DNA of 64,000 nt from Octopus bimaculoides (lineage: Eukaryota). Under the pieces are notes generated by a model, which searched no databases, was not told the DNA's origin, and saw only the letters and a program-made list of their open reading frames with translations. Where the stretch lies: NCBI RefSeq assembly GCF_001194135.2, contig NC_068998.1:30129334-30193333 (forward strand). Direction: 5' to 3'. Position numbers and translations under genes: made by a program. Numbering within the stretch: position 1 is the stretch's first letter; every line of letters starts with the position of its first letter. Shown here piece after piece: positions 10,554-22,804 of the stretch.

Positions 10554-12829
10554 TATACCTATAAGAAACTTGATGGAAATGTTGACCTGTGTAGAAACTA
10601 CCTATTTCAGTATGGACACTGATATATATCAACAAGAAGAGGGTTTAGCTATGGGTTTGCCATTATCACTGATAATAGCCAATATATACATGGAATACTT
10701 TGAGAATTTGGCTTTAGGATCAACACCACTGAAACCAACCCTATGGCTGCGATATGTTGATGGCACCTTTATTCTCTGGCCCCACCAGGAAGATGTCCAT
10801 GTGCTGTCAGATCATGTGAACTCAATAAAGCCATTCATACAGTTCACAATGGAAAAGGAAAAAGACAATCAGCTAGCGTATTAATAACATGCACCAAGTA
10901 TGGATTCAGGATATCCGTATACTGCAGGCCGACCTTCATTGGACGATACCTTAACTTCAATTCCCACCATCCATACAGTGTAAAGAGAGGAATTGCTCAG
11001 TGCCTAAAACGTCGAGCAAAGTATATAAGTAGCCATCGTGATACACACCACGAAGAAAAGATGAAGCTAAGTAACAATCTATTAAGTAACAACTACCCCC
11101 AAAACATACTATCCACTCCAATTATGAAGAAAATAGAGGATGAAACCAATAAACTGGCCACAGTCTGTTTACCCTATGTGAAAGGCCTCTCGGAGAAGAT
11201 ACAAAAGATACGCGGTCCATATGACATCAGGACAGTATTCAAAAGTAATACAACACTTCACAAATATCTCCTTCGAGTAAAACAACCAATAGAAGAGAAT
11301 ATGACCAAACACTGCCTATACTCCATCCCATGCANNNNNNNNNNCTCAAAATAAGGGTAGACAAACATCGCAAAGCTGTGACACGAGGAAATGTTGATAA
11401 ATCGGGTGTAGCTGGTTATGTATGGAAAAATGGAGACAACCTCCCCCTGTGGGATGAAGTTAAAATAATAGACAGTGAACACCACTGGAAAATATGAAAA
11501 CTAAAAGAAGCAGCACATATGCTAGGACACAACAACCTCCTAAGCAGAATGAGTGCAGATATGAATAGCATATGGGAACTGGTATTAAGAAAGGATAGGA
11601 AAATATTAGATTTATAAGCCCTAAAATTCACTCCATCATTGCCCACAAACATATGGTGTAGTGGTTAAGAGTGCAGGCTGCTAAACACAAGATTCCGAGT
11701 TTGAGTCTAAGCAGTGACATGAATAATAATAATAGTAATAACAATAACAACAACATCGAAAAATACCTTAGAAATGAGAACCCAGGTTCGAAATTTCCCC
11801 AAGACACCTAATGAAGGCTGGAGGGTATATCAGCCAAAACGTATTAACAACAAACAAGATGAGGACAAATATCTGTCAAATGTAAATAAAGTGACCATAC
11901 TGTGCTGAAGTCTAAACCAGGGTTATTGATTATGATCTGTCTCTTTCATTTTCCATAATTTTCCAATGTAGTTCTTTGTTCATAATGGAAACTTAATTCC
12001 AAATCAAAATATCTTTTTCCATATAGTTGCTTCATTATTTCAGACTTTGAATTTCTCCTCTAATCAGAATTTCCAGTATTTATTTCTTTATATATTTGGG
12101 GATCATCCTGCTTTCCTTTGTAAGATACTAGCCAAATGTACAGCATATAATATATTCAATTCTTTAGAAAACTGAACTGATTATATCCTATAAAATAAAT
12201 CTGCAGCATGTGATATTACACTTGAATACTGATGTCATATTTTCTATAGATTCATTGTAGTTTTTCAGCCAAATCCTAAAAATAAAATTGAAGTTGCAGA
12301 TCTGTTTTTACCTCACCTTTGCATGCATCTTTCAATAAAAACAAATTGAAGATTAACAATATCATAAAGAGTAGACAGAGAATGTATCCCAGGAGCACAT
12401 TGTTTGATGGAAATGCAAAGACTAGTCATTTAGCAATATGAGTACACAATAAAAGAAAAGTGGGGGTGGGAGTGAAAAATGGGTAAATGGAGTTTATACA
12501 AGAATATACATGAGGAGGGATTTTAATAGTTTCATATGGGTTCTGACTATTGTAAATAGTAGGATTGTTAAGAGTTTTGTTTATTTGAGTTCATGCAAGT
12601 TATCCTCGATATCATTATGATTTATTAATATATTTAAATTTGAAAAATTGTTTTACCATTAAAAAAAAAACAACTTCCGAATAGCAAAAGCACACAGACA
12701 AAACCTGAACTGCTGAAATTCTGGAATTATGGAAATATATTGTTGTGTGATTGCATTACTAACTACACCATACTATTGAGTTTATACAAAGTATATTTGT
12801 ATGCTCTTTTCCCCAAAAGCATTTGCAAC

Positions 12830-13790
12830 ATCATCATCCTCATCATCACCATCATTTAGCATCTGTTTTCCATGCTGGCATAGGTTAGACAGTTTGACTG
12901 GAACTGGTAAGCCAGGGACTGCACCAGACTCCAGTCTGTTTTGGCTTGGTTTCTACAGCTGGATGCCTTTCATAATGCCAACCACTTCATAGAGTGTATT
13001 GGATGCCTTTTACATGTCACTGGCACTAGCCACAACTACAATTTTACTTAGCTTGATGTGTCTTCTGAAGCACAGCAAATTGCCAAAAATCACTTATCAT
13101 CGCTTGTGTGAGACTGTCTTCCTGAGCCTACCTCTTCCACAGGTTCCCTCCACAGTACTTCTTTACACAGTTGTCCTCATTCATACACATCACATGGCCC
13201 ATTTTAAATTCCTCTGTTATGGCCTGGAGGACTATAATGAAAAAGAAGGGGTTGAGAACCAATCTCTGGTGAACTTCTATTTGTATGTTGAATTCATTGC
13301 TATACTCATTGCAGACTTTCACCTTACTGACAGCATCCCTGTACATGGTTTGAAAGCTCTCACCAATCACTCATCTATTCTTAGCTTCTGCAATGACCAC
13401 CAGATAAGGGAACAGGGAACCCAGTCAAAGGCTTTCTTCATGTCAAATGCAGAGGTTTATTTTTGGCTAAATACTTCTCCTGCAACTGCCTTCTCCTTGT
13501 CATAAAACCAAACTGCATCTCATCTAGGCTAACTATCTTCCTAATTAGTTGAGCTATAACTCTCTTTGTAACTTTCATCATCTGGTCCAGCAATTTGATA
13601 CCTTTGTAATTATTTCCATCTAAGGCATCACCTTTTACTTTTGTAATAGCTGTTATAATGCTACTGCACCAGTTGTTGGATATGACTCCTTCATGCACAA
13701 CCTGATTAACTATATGGGTGACTAGACCATTTCCCACTTCACCAGATACTTTAAGCATCTCAGCAGTGATTCCTGATAGGCTAAGGGTTT
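12830..13790 (-). mobile_element. RTE-like LINE, internally deleted
   Basis: YKGIKLLDQMMKV...QFGF...QLQEKYLAK, KAFD codons, and the family 3' tail ending in (GAT)n at ~12830. Confidence 0.8.
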
Positions 13791-13809
13791 TCTCCTTAAT
13801 TGTTCAGCC

Positions 13810-15313
13810 ATCAGTACCCTCTTATTCATCATAGTCCTCCAGGTAATAACAGAGGAATTCAAGACAGGTTGCCCCTGGGAACTCCTCTATGCTGATGATC
13901 TGGCCCTCATAGCAGAATCACTACCAGAACTAGAGAAGAAACTTCAAGTTTGGAAGCAAGGTTTAGAATTGAAGGGCCTTAGAGCCAACGTTACAAAGAC
14001 CGAAGTTCTAGTAAGTAGGAAGGCAAACACATTACACACCCCTTCAGGTAGGTGGCCCTGCTTGATCTGTAGGAAAGGTGTAGGTAGAAACTCCATAAGA
14101 TGTATCCAGTGTAAGCTATGGACACATAAGAGGTGCAGCAACATCAAAGGAAGATTAACTGGGAAGATAGCTTTCACGTGCAGCAGAATCACAGGGGCAA
14201 TAAACACCACAGATGCTCAGAAAACAGACTCCATCAAATGCCAGGGGGAGAAACTAGAAGTAGTTGATAGCTTCCGCTAACTAGGTGACCAAGTCTGTAG
14301 TGGGGGTGGATGCTCAGAGAGTGTTACAATTAGAATAAGAATAGCCTGGGCAAAGTTCAGAAAGCTTCTACCCCTACTGGTGACAATGGGCCACTCACTC
14401 AGAGTGAAAAGTAGATTGTATGATGCATGTGTGCGAAGTGCTATGCTTCACAGCAGTGAAACATGGGCCGTGACTGCTGAAGACATGCGTAGGCTCGAAA
14501 GAAATGAAGCTAGCATGATCCACTGGATGTGTAATGTCAGTGTGCACACACGACAAAGTGTAAGCACCCTGAGAGAAATGTTAGACATAAGAAGCATCAG
14601 ATGTGGCGTGCAAGATGTTTGTGTTGGTATGGTCATGTATTGCGGGTGGACGAGGAGAGCTTTGTGAAGAAGTGCCACTCCCAAATAATGGAAGGAATCC
14701 GGGGTAGAGGGAGACCCAGAAAGACATAGGATGTGGTGGTGAAGCATGACCTTTGAACATTGGGCCTCACAGAGGCAATGACAAAAGACTGAGACCTCTG
14801 GAGGTATGCTGTGACTGAGAAGATCTGGCAAATAAAGTGAGTCCACAGCTGTAACCTACACCAGTGTCACATAACCAGTCCACTGAAAAGTACCTTGGAT
14901 CGTAGGGCAATATGCCATGCTTGAGGAGACCTACTGAGCCAAGTTCATCAATATCAGCAATATCAAAATCAAATCAAATGGAAATTGTACTTGTGAACCC
15001 TGTACCGGTAGCACGTAAAAAGCACCATCCGAACGCGGCCGATGCCAGTGCCGCTTCGACTGGCTTCCGTGCCAGTGGCACGTAAAAAGCACCATCCGAT
15101 CGTGGTCAATGCCAGCTCCTCTGGCTCGTGCCGGTGGCATGTAAAAAGCACCCACTACACTCTTGGAGTGGTTGGCATTAGGAAGGGCATCCAGCTGTAG
15201 AAACACTGCCAGATTAGATTGGCGCCTGGTGCAGCCTCTTGGCTTCCCAGACCCCAATCAAACCACCCAACCCATGCCAGCATGGAAAAAGAACGTTAAA
15301 CGATGATGATGAT
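13810..15313 (+). mobile_element. RTE-like LINE 3' half with PHD-like finger in RT and minisatellite 3' UTR
   Basis: LYADDL at ~13884, WPCLICRKG...HKRC finger, FR*LG, RLYDACVRSAMLHSSETW, GRPRKT; ends aaacgatgatgatgatg. Confidence 0.88.
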
Positions 15314-16681
15314 GTTTTATCTAACAAACTACAATCTATTTGGATAGCTGGTCCCTTCTGTTTGGTTCACAGTAGGCAAGCCTTCCTTCTTCCATGTGTT
15401 CTCTACAGGCCCTCCTTCTTCCATGTGTTAGCAGCCTTTCATAGTGATACTTCCAAGCCTCTTTATTCGCAGACATCTTATCTTCCTTATTAACAGTAAT
15501 GTTATTCCAAATATAGTATCACATCAATAGAAATCACTAGTCTGGAGGAGAATATCATCTTATTAGACTGTTTTGGCTATCTCTGGAGTAATCTCAGGTA
15601 ATGTGATAGATATTTATTTCTCATGAATATAATCATCTTTAGTTGGTTGGTTTTTGTTAATGAAGTAACTTTTAGCCTGACATTGTAGACATCTAATTAT
15701 CCTTTCCTTTAACATTATGAAATTCATAATTTAGATCAATGAACGAGACTATTTTCAATATAAATATGGTGTTTGTAAATCTAATACAGATCTAATACTA
15801 GATTATTTCTTTCAAACTTATCATAAATGCAAAGCTTCATACTGTCTGATGATATTTTCCTACAAAAACTGAATCTCTACTTCAAATGACAAAATACTTC
15901 AGCTTTGATCAATTATTCATTCTCTGAATGACATAATTTTTTCTAAATATGTATTGTAAAGTATTTTTAAAAATACAACTTTTTCTGTCTTATTTCCATT
16001 TATTTGTATGGATCTTTTGTTAGTCATGAAAACTCTTGAGATAGTTATAACATGGTATCAATTGCTACATTTGCTTACATAAATTTCTTTCTTTTCAATT
16101 TCATTTTCACATAGCTGCTGATAGAAATAGTAATGTCTGAAATATTCAGCAAAATTAAAGTATTGTTTACTCAGTATTTTTAACATGATGAGATTCTTTG
16201 GAGGTGTAGGTCCATGAGTAGGACTAACATAATTTATCAAGGCACTTTGTTTTCATTTTTTCCTTCTGTCAGTTCAGCATGATTGAATCTTAAGTGATAT
16301 CAGCTTCCGAGTCAATCAGATACTTTAGCCATCTTGCAATAACAATATTAAGAAACTTGGAGAGATGGTTCTTCTCTCTTAGCAGCTCCATATCCCACAA
16401 AGGTAAAAGTGGTTGGACAGTGCACAAGTGATCTGTCTTGTGGCTGTACTTGCATGCTAGGCATATACAGCATTCATGATCTCTCCATCAATGCAGGTTA
16501 GCCACTTATCTTTTACTATAGCATAGAACTATTCCCATTGTAAATAGAATAATGATTTTTTCTTATGAACACAATAAAATGATAATACTATATTCTTACA
16601 GAGCAATTACACAAAGTTAAGTAATATATATTGCCTCGAGATATCAAAGAGTACTTATGATAAATAAATGAGAATACTCAC

Positions 16682-16765
16682 ATGTTTTAATTTCCCTGTT
16701 ATGGTAGACTGTGTGGAAGAGTGTTTGCTGCTATTGGAATCTTTCAAGCTCCGAAGTGAAAACAC
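16682..16765 (-). CDS. SV2: Internal exon of SV2-like transporter (central loop)
   Basis: Acceptor ttattaatctgtacag|GTG, donor CAT|gtgagt; 84 nt, phase 0-0, open frame VFSLRSLKDSNSSKHSSTQSTITGKLKH. Low-conservation loop, supported mainly by splice sites, phase fit and expected loop length. Confidence 0.75.
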
Positions 16766-18129
16766 CTGTACAGATTAATAATCATTTTAGTTCCCTTTGA
16801 CAAGCATTTACACAAAACTTTCACTACAAATCAAAATGCCTATTTAGTGAAAAATTTTATAAAATATTTAGGTAATTCGCTTCTTCTGTACTACTCTCTA
16901 GTAACTTTAGTACCTTGTAACCATTTATAACTCTCATGCATTTATTTTCAGTATTTATATCTACCTAGTAATTTTTCAATAGTCAGGCCACTTCACATTT
17001 ATTCTATAACTTTCTTGATGTTTGTAGTGATTAAAATGATGTGTATTGTTTTTTGTTTGTTTGCTAAAAATCATCTGAATGATTTGAACAAATATTAAGA
17101 TGGAGAGGTGTTGCAATTAGACTCCTTAAAAGCAAGGAATTTAAGTTCTTAGGAGCAGGTAGTATGAGTGAGGTAGGTTATATTCATGGTGGAAATGTGG
17201 GTAGCTAAAATAAAGAACAATTTAAATGAAAACTTGAATATGCTGAATGTCACCTATAATCATTATTTGGTCTTCTAAAATATGACAAAAGAATTTATCA
17301 TAGTAATATTATCAAATAGCTTAAAAATACAGTGGAGTAAGGAAATATTATTCAGATCTTGAGTGTTGTGATGTATATCTCCAACATAAATTATAAATAG
17401 CTCTAATATACATTTAATATTGTAACAAGCATGAAAGCCAAATAAAATTATTCTTATCAGGATTAAAAGATAGGCAAAATTGTGTCTATTTTGCATTCCA
17501 TTTTAATGTTTATATTGTAACATTACTATATTTTTCTCTTCACACTTTCAGAATTGAAAAGTTTGTGATACTGGTCCAAAATACAAAATAGTCAGCTTTC
17601 TTTTATATAACAGAATTCTTGAACAATGAAATATAAGCATATTTTTATGCAATTAAAAAAGCTTGAATGAAAGTCTCCAAAAGCTGATTACAAATGTAGC
17701 ACTGGGTCACATGGATATTGGGTATAAATTCCAATCAGCACTAGGTGATGCCAGTTTAGATAAGGAGGAGATATAGAAAAAAGACTAATTGTTAATAAGA
17801 GATGATTTACTGCAAACTACAGAACAATGCTGTGAGTAGTGCTGGTTTCCAACGAATAAAGTATTATTAGAATCTGCAGCTCCACTGTGTAGGTATAGCT
17901 TGTATATAGCCAGTATTGATTGCAAAGTGAGCTATTTTGTATTTTTTGTAGATTTGTGGATCCAGGCAGTAAAGAAATAATCCATAATGAATCTAATGTA
18001 TCATTTGCGCACTGATGTTGTTATTTCTTTACAACAACTGAATATTGTGCCTGTAAGTGTTTACAATTTGTTGTTCCTGAAGTTGTATGCTTGTCACCCA
18101 CATAGTCAATCAGGTAATACAGAGAGGGG

Positions 18130-19270
18130 CCATACTGAAGGAGTGGTGTAGCAATATAATCTTTAAAGGTTACAAAGGCAAAGATGTTCAGAAATAATAG
18201 AATCTTAGCACAACTGATTAGAAAGAGAATCTGCTTAGACAGAATGCATTTTGGGTTTGTGCTAGGTTACTTACCACTGATACTCTCTTACTAGTGAGAA
18301 TAATGCAGGAGAAATTTTAGTACAGACTAAGTCTCACTATCTCACATTTGTTGATCCAAAGAAAGCTTTTGACAGGATACCATGATCGGGTGAAACTAAG
18401 AAAACTAGGAGTAGATGAATTGCTTTGAGAACAGTGCAAATCATTTACAGAAATGTAATTAGGCGGTGAGCTGGCAGAAACGTTAGCATGCCGGGTAAAA
18501 TGCTTATCGGTATTTCATCTGCCGTTACATTCTGAGTTCAAATTCCACTGAGGTTGACTTTGCCTTTTATCCTTTTGGGGTCGATAAATTAAGTACCAGT
18601 TACTCACTGGGGTTGATGTAATCGACTTAATCCCTTTGTCTGCTCTTGTTTGTCCCCTCTATATTTAGCCCCTTGTGGGCAATAAAGAAATAAGAAATGT
18701 AATTAGCAAATTGAGAGTTAGCAATGAGTTTTATGCAAGCAGGTGTCCATCAAGGCTCAATTCTCAGCACCCACATCAAGCAATAACAGAAGAGTTTAAG
18801 ACCAGGTGGCTGTGGGAACTCCTACATGCTGATGATCTAGTTCTTTTAGGAGACTGGTAGATTTAGGGAAGCAATTCCTGTTGTGTAAACAAAACCTAGA
18901 ATCAAAAGGCCTCAGTATAAACTTAGTAAAGATTAAAGTCTAAATAGCGATACATGGGCTTTGAATGCAGAAGACATGAGAAGATTGGAAAGAAATGAAG
19001 AAAGTATGCTCTGTTAGAAGTGCAACATAAGTGTGAATGAATGACAAAATAAATGTGCTGAGAGAAAAACTGGGCATAAAAGAAATTAGATGTAGTGTAC
19101 AAGAAAGAAGATTGCACAGGTATGGATATGGGATGTGCATGAATGTAGACAGTTGTATAAAGAAGTATCAATCATTAAATGTGGCTGGAGCTTGTGGAAG
19201 AGGAAGACCCAGAAAGACATGAAACTGAGTGGTGAAAGCTGATCCCAGGATCCCAAACCTCACGGAGGTG
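18130..19270 (+). mobile_element. Heavily decayed RTE-like LINE interrupted by a SINE
   Basis: KAFD codons near 18360, ELLHADDL near 18820, GRGRPRKT near 19200. Confidence 0.7.
18461..18695 (+). mobile_element. SINE (family with ggcggtgagctggcagaaacgttagc head)
   Basis: Shared core ttctgagttcaaattcc...gttgactttgcctttt/catcc...aagtaccagt recurs at 35610, 39108, 40449, 45490 and 55515. Confidence 0.8.
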
Positions 19271-19439
19271 TAATGGTGAATGGAAACACTTTTATAAGGG
19301 TGATTTATCTAGTTTTTATTAAGCAGTATTTTTACCACTTTTATAACGGGCTGAAATTATCTTATTTATATGGTGATTATTCTACCGAGTAGACTTTTCT
19401 AAGTCCACGTCAGTTTGTCACCAATTTATAACATGTTCA

Positions 19440-20160
19440 AACTTGGAAAAGATAATAAATATAGATGTTTATTGAGTAGAAATCTATAGTGATAAACCGT
19501 TATTTATAACTTAATTATAAGTATTATCACTATGCATAAATCTTAACTCAGGCTGATTAAACGCTGTGATGAATTATACACCACCAAGACACTGAATGTA
19601 CATGTATGTTGAAGATAAATAAAACTCGCTCTTTTTTACCGCTATAATAACAGTTTCATAGTTGAAGAAATAAATTTCATTAACAGGTTGAAGAAAATGA
19701 AGAAAGAGAAAGTATTTACTAAATTAGTTTATTTACTTTCATTTAATATTTACAGTACATTTATAAGTCAAAAGAAAACTGTTGTAGAGGATTACGACAT
19801 AAAATTTATATTACTAATTCTTCCATACTAAGCTACTAGAGTTTTATACAACAATTCAAATAAGCTTTGTTGAATTAAGTAATAGACATGGCATAAAAAT
19901 AGCCAATATCTCAAAGGGGTGAGTGTCATGGAAATGAGTGACAACCAACAAACACTAGGCATGAGTGTCGTGGAGTCTAGTGACAATCAACGATCACTAA
20001 TTAATTTCCCCAAAATCAGGGTTTTTATAACTGCTCATACTTGAATTCTAAGAACCATATTTCGTGAAAGACTTCTCTTTGATGAAAGTTTAGAATTCAA
20101 ATATGGGCAGTAATTTTAACCAATGGGAAACTAACAATTATATTTGTTCGAGTAAACATG
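19440..20160 (+). repeat. Unclassified ~700-bp interspersed repeat, copy 1
   Basis: Collinear homology with the reverse complement of 28945-29660 (e.g. aaaatcagggtttttataact, atatgggcagtaatttt, catgtatgttgaagata). Confidence 0.8.
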
Positions 20161-20829
20161 ACTATTATGTCATATTACTACCGTTTAGGACTTGTATCAC
20201 TACAGAGGAGATGACAAAGGACTAGGATGTCTGGCGATATGAGGTTCTGAAGAAGGCTTGCCCATGTCTATGCACAAATGGGTACCTCACCCAATCTCTG
20301 CTAAACATCACCCTGACGCATCATCTCTCTTGCTAGGACTCTCCACCCCTTGAGAACATCCCACGTTTTTTGCTACTTAGCCATTCTTCATCCATCAATT
20401 ATTGTTCTCCTCACCTACATGCTAGTGATTCATTCTTCTCCCACTGAACCACAAAATTATCTCCTCATGCACAACATCTGCTTTTCTCTCCCTCAACTCC
20501 TGTAGCCTACTCAACTATATGTCATTTCTCTCTTGTTCTCTCTGACAGTGTATCACTATTTCAGATCATTATTGCCTGCTGTCTTCCCCCCACTCTCTTC
20601 TACATCCCTCTATCTTCCCCAACTTATGCATCATTGATCATTCCTCACTCCCTACATCCACCTTTCAAGTTGTTGCCAACCTCTCATCCCTCCACCTTGC
20701 TTCCCCATACATCCCTGTAAACTCCCACCTACCTACACTCCTAGTTCCACTGTTCCAACAATGACAGTGACATCTATGATAATGACAGTAACATGCTGTG
20801 AATATTTTGTAGGTAATTCCTAGTAATTT

Positions 20830-22000
20830 TTCTTTTGTTATTAAGTTTAAGTTTTTGAGTGTGATGGTAGGTTTTATTTAATTTTCTTTAGTGTTGGTTA
20901 GTAAGAAGAGAGATAGTGGATTTGATAGATTCTATTTTGTGTCAGTTGTTTTGGAGTAAAAATGTTAGATGATTGATTTAGAAAAGAAGTTGTAATGCAG
21001 TAATTTCTAAGGTGTGATAGGAGGAGGTAGCTGTTTTGTTTTTCTGTATATAAGCTGGCCCAATGTGGGAAGTATATGGAAGTAGATGATATGGAAAATT
21101 ACAGATTCTAGATATGTTGTTACTGTACTCTACATAAGCTTGTGAGGCTTCCATTCCTGTGAGGCCTCCATTCATGGGTCGCTATTTCCCCCTTGCACAC
21201 CAACTTGGAGTTTAGAGATCTAGAATGAATATCATAAGGCTACAACTGAATGAACTAGACTAATCATTTTGCCAGCCAGCATTTTGAATTGTTTTTTAAG
21301 GTGTTTAGTATTTTGTTTTGTGAGTAGTGGAGAATAGAGTTGAACATTTTGTTAATGTAGATGTTAAGAAAAATGGTTTGGGGTTTTCTTGTTCTTGGAG
21401 TCATGGGAATGGTTTGTGTAAACTTTGTGAGGATAAGTACTGCCAAAGCCCTAAGCTGAAACCAGCAAAAGATAAAAGAGTACTGTCTGAATTTGTTTTG
21501 AGTTGTAAAGAAAAATTGATGAGTTGGTGATATAAAAACGTGATTTTGAAGATGTACATAGAAAGACAATGGTTTATGACAATGCTTCAATTAGATGTAA
21601 GGTTTACAATTGTCATTCCTTTTCTTCTACTTTCATTAAATTACCTGTAGCATTAAAAAATAAGTCATTTAAATGTCAATATAATACAACTTCTAGTGAG
21701 ACCCTTGAGCAACTCATTAACTTCATTTCATGACTATGCCCATTGGTAATTAAATCTGTACATATGGCACATCTGAATTCCCACTGTATCTTTTGTCTTC
21801 TAATTGCATTCATTGACTAAACAATGGATCTCTGATAGAATTAGTAGCTAATTTTTCTTTATAGATTATAGGGTATGGTGTGTTACAGAAGATGTTGGTG
21901 GAAATTTTATGGAATGATTGTTATTTTGAAGTAGCAGTGGTGGACTTTACATGAGCGGATATTGAAATGAATAAATTTGAAGTTCATGACTCCTGAAAAC
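20830..22000 (-). mobile_element. Ancient PLE-like relic
   Basis: Fragmentary minus-strand translation resembles the PLE thumb/linker (LPYxG-like motif near 21060-21080). Heavily decayed. Confidence 0.4.
21137..21264 (+). repeat. 128-bp direct repeat, copy 1
   Basis: Identical by eye to 22359-22486. Confidence 0.9.
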
Positions 22001-22358
22001 AGATGATAAATGCATTTAAAAGTATGTATATCCCAGTTCAAAATTTACACACAGGCAACACAAAGTACCAAAGCTTAAACTATAAAACTTGAAACCTGGC
22101 AAATTGTGGTATCCTTGCACTGCTATTATCTTTCTATTAAAATTTCCAGCTATGATAATGATTTTGTTGCATTATAGCAAATCAATAACAATCTTGATAA
22201 AACCAAATCATACCACACACACACAAAAAAATAAAGAACATATTAAGGAGCTTCTGCCATCATCATCCTTCAATGTGGTTGAACAACCAATCTCAACCAG
22301 TCAAGATTCACAGTATGGGTTGTATTATTCATCCTTTTGATTGCTGAATATAAAACAT

Positions 22359-22486
22359 AGCTTGTGAGGCTTCCATTCCTGTGAGGCCTCCATTCATGGG
22401 TCGCTATTTCCCCCTTGCACACCAACTTGGAGTTTAGAGATCTAGAATGAATATCATAAGGCTACAACTGAATGAACTAGACTAAT
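22359..22486 (+). repeat. 128-bp direct repeat, copy 2
   Basis: Identical by eye to 21137-21264. Confidence 0.9.
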
Positions 22487-22804
22487 GTGAAATAATGTGC
22501 ACAATGCATACTCAGCCTGGGAATCAAAACCATGATTTTGCAATTGTGAGTGCAACACCCTAACCACTAGGTTATATGCCATCATACACTATTGGATAGC
22601 TATTGACACTCTTTAGTTCTTCCACCCTTTGATGGGTTTTGCTTTTCATCCCACAAGATATCCAATAAATTACTTTCCTGTTAAGCAAATTTGATGGAGT
22701 TACTGGTTTAATCACTAATGACTCAATCATGTTACCAGTAGAGCACAAGAGTGACCTGACTATATAAAAAGAAAACAAATGACTACATAACAAAATAACA
22801 CAAA

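Larger units (their letters stand above)
4671..11889 (+). mobile_element. Penelope-like retroelement (RT + GIY-YIG), 5' truncated, with inverted 5' pseudo-LTR and interrupted by gypsy
   Basis: RT YGLPNIHKDDIPLRPIVS...SLDVISLFT (5322-5634) resumes after the gypsy as PIRNLMEML...GLAMGLPLS...WLRYVDG (10559-10880). Thumb/linker 11061-11330, EN relic 11345-11590, 3' UTR to 11889. 4671-5273 is an inverted copy of the 3' ~600 bp. Candidate 14-bp TSD agtgac(t/c)atactgt at 4657-4670 and 11890-11903. Confidence 0.9.

Noticed and set aside
17952-18052. Plus-strand exon-like segment (tttttgtag ... gtaagt)
   Set aside because: Stops in all three frames and no partner exons. A non-coding exon cannot be excluded but is unsupported.
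22500-22575. tRNA gene
   Set aside because: Only a degenerate tRNA-like SINE head; no complete cloverleaf.
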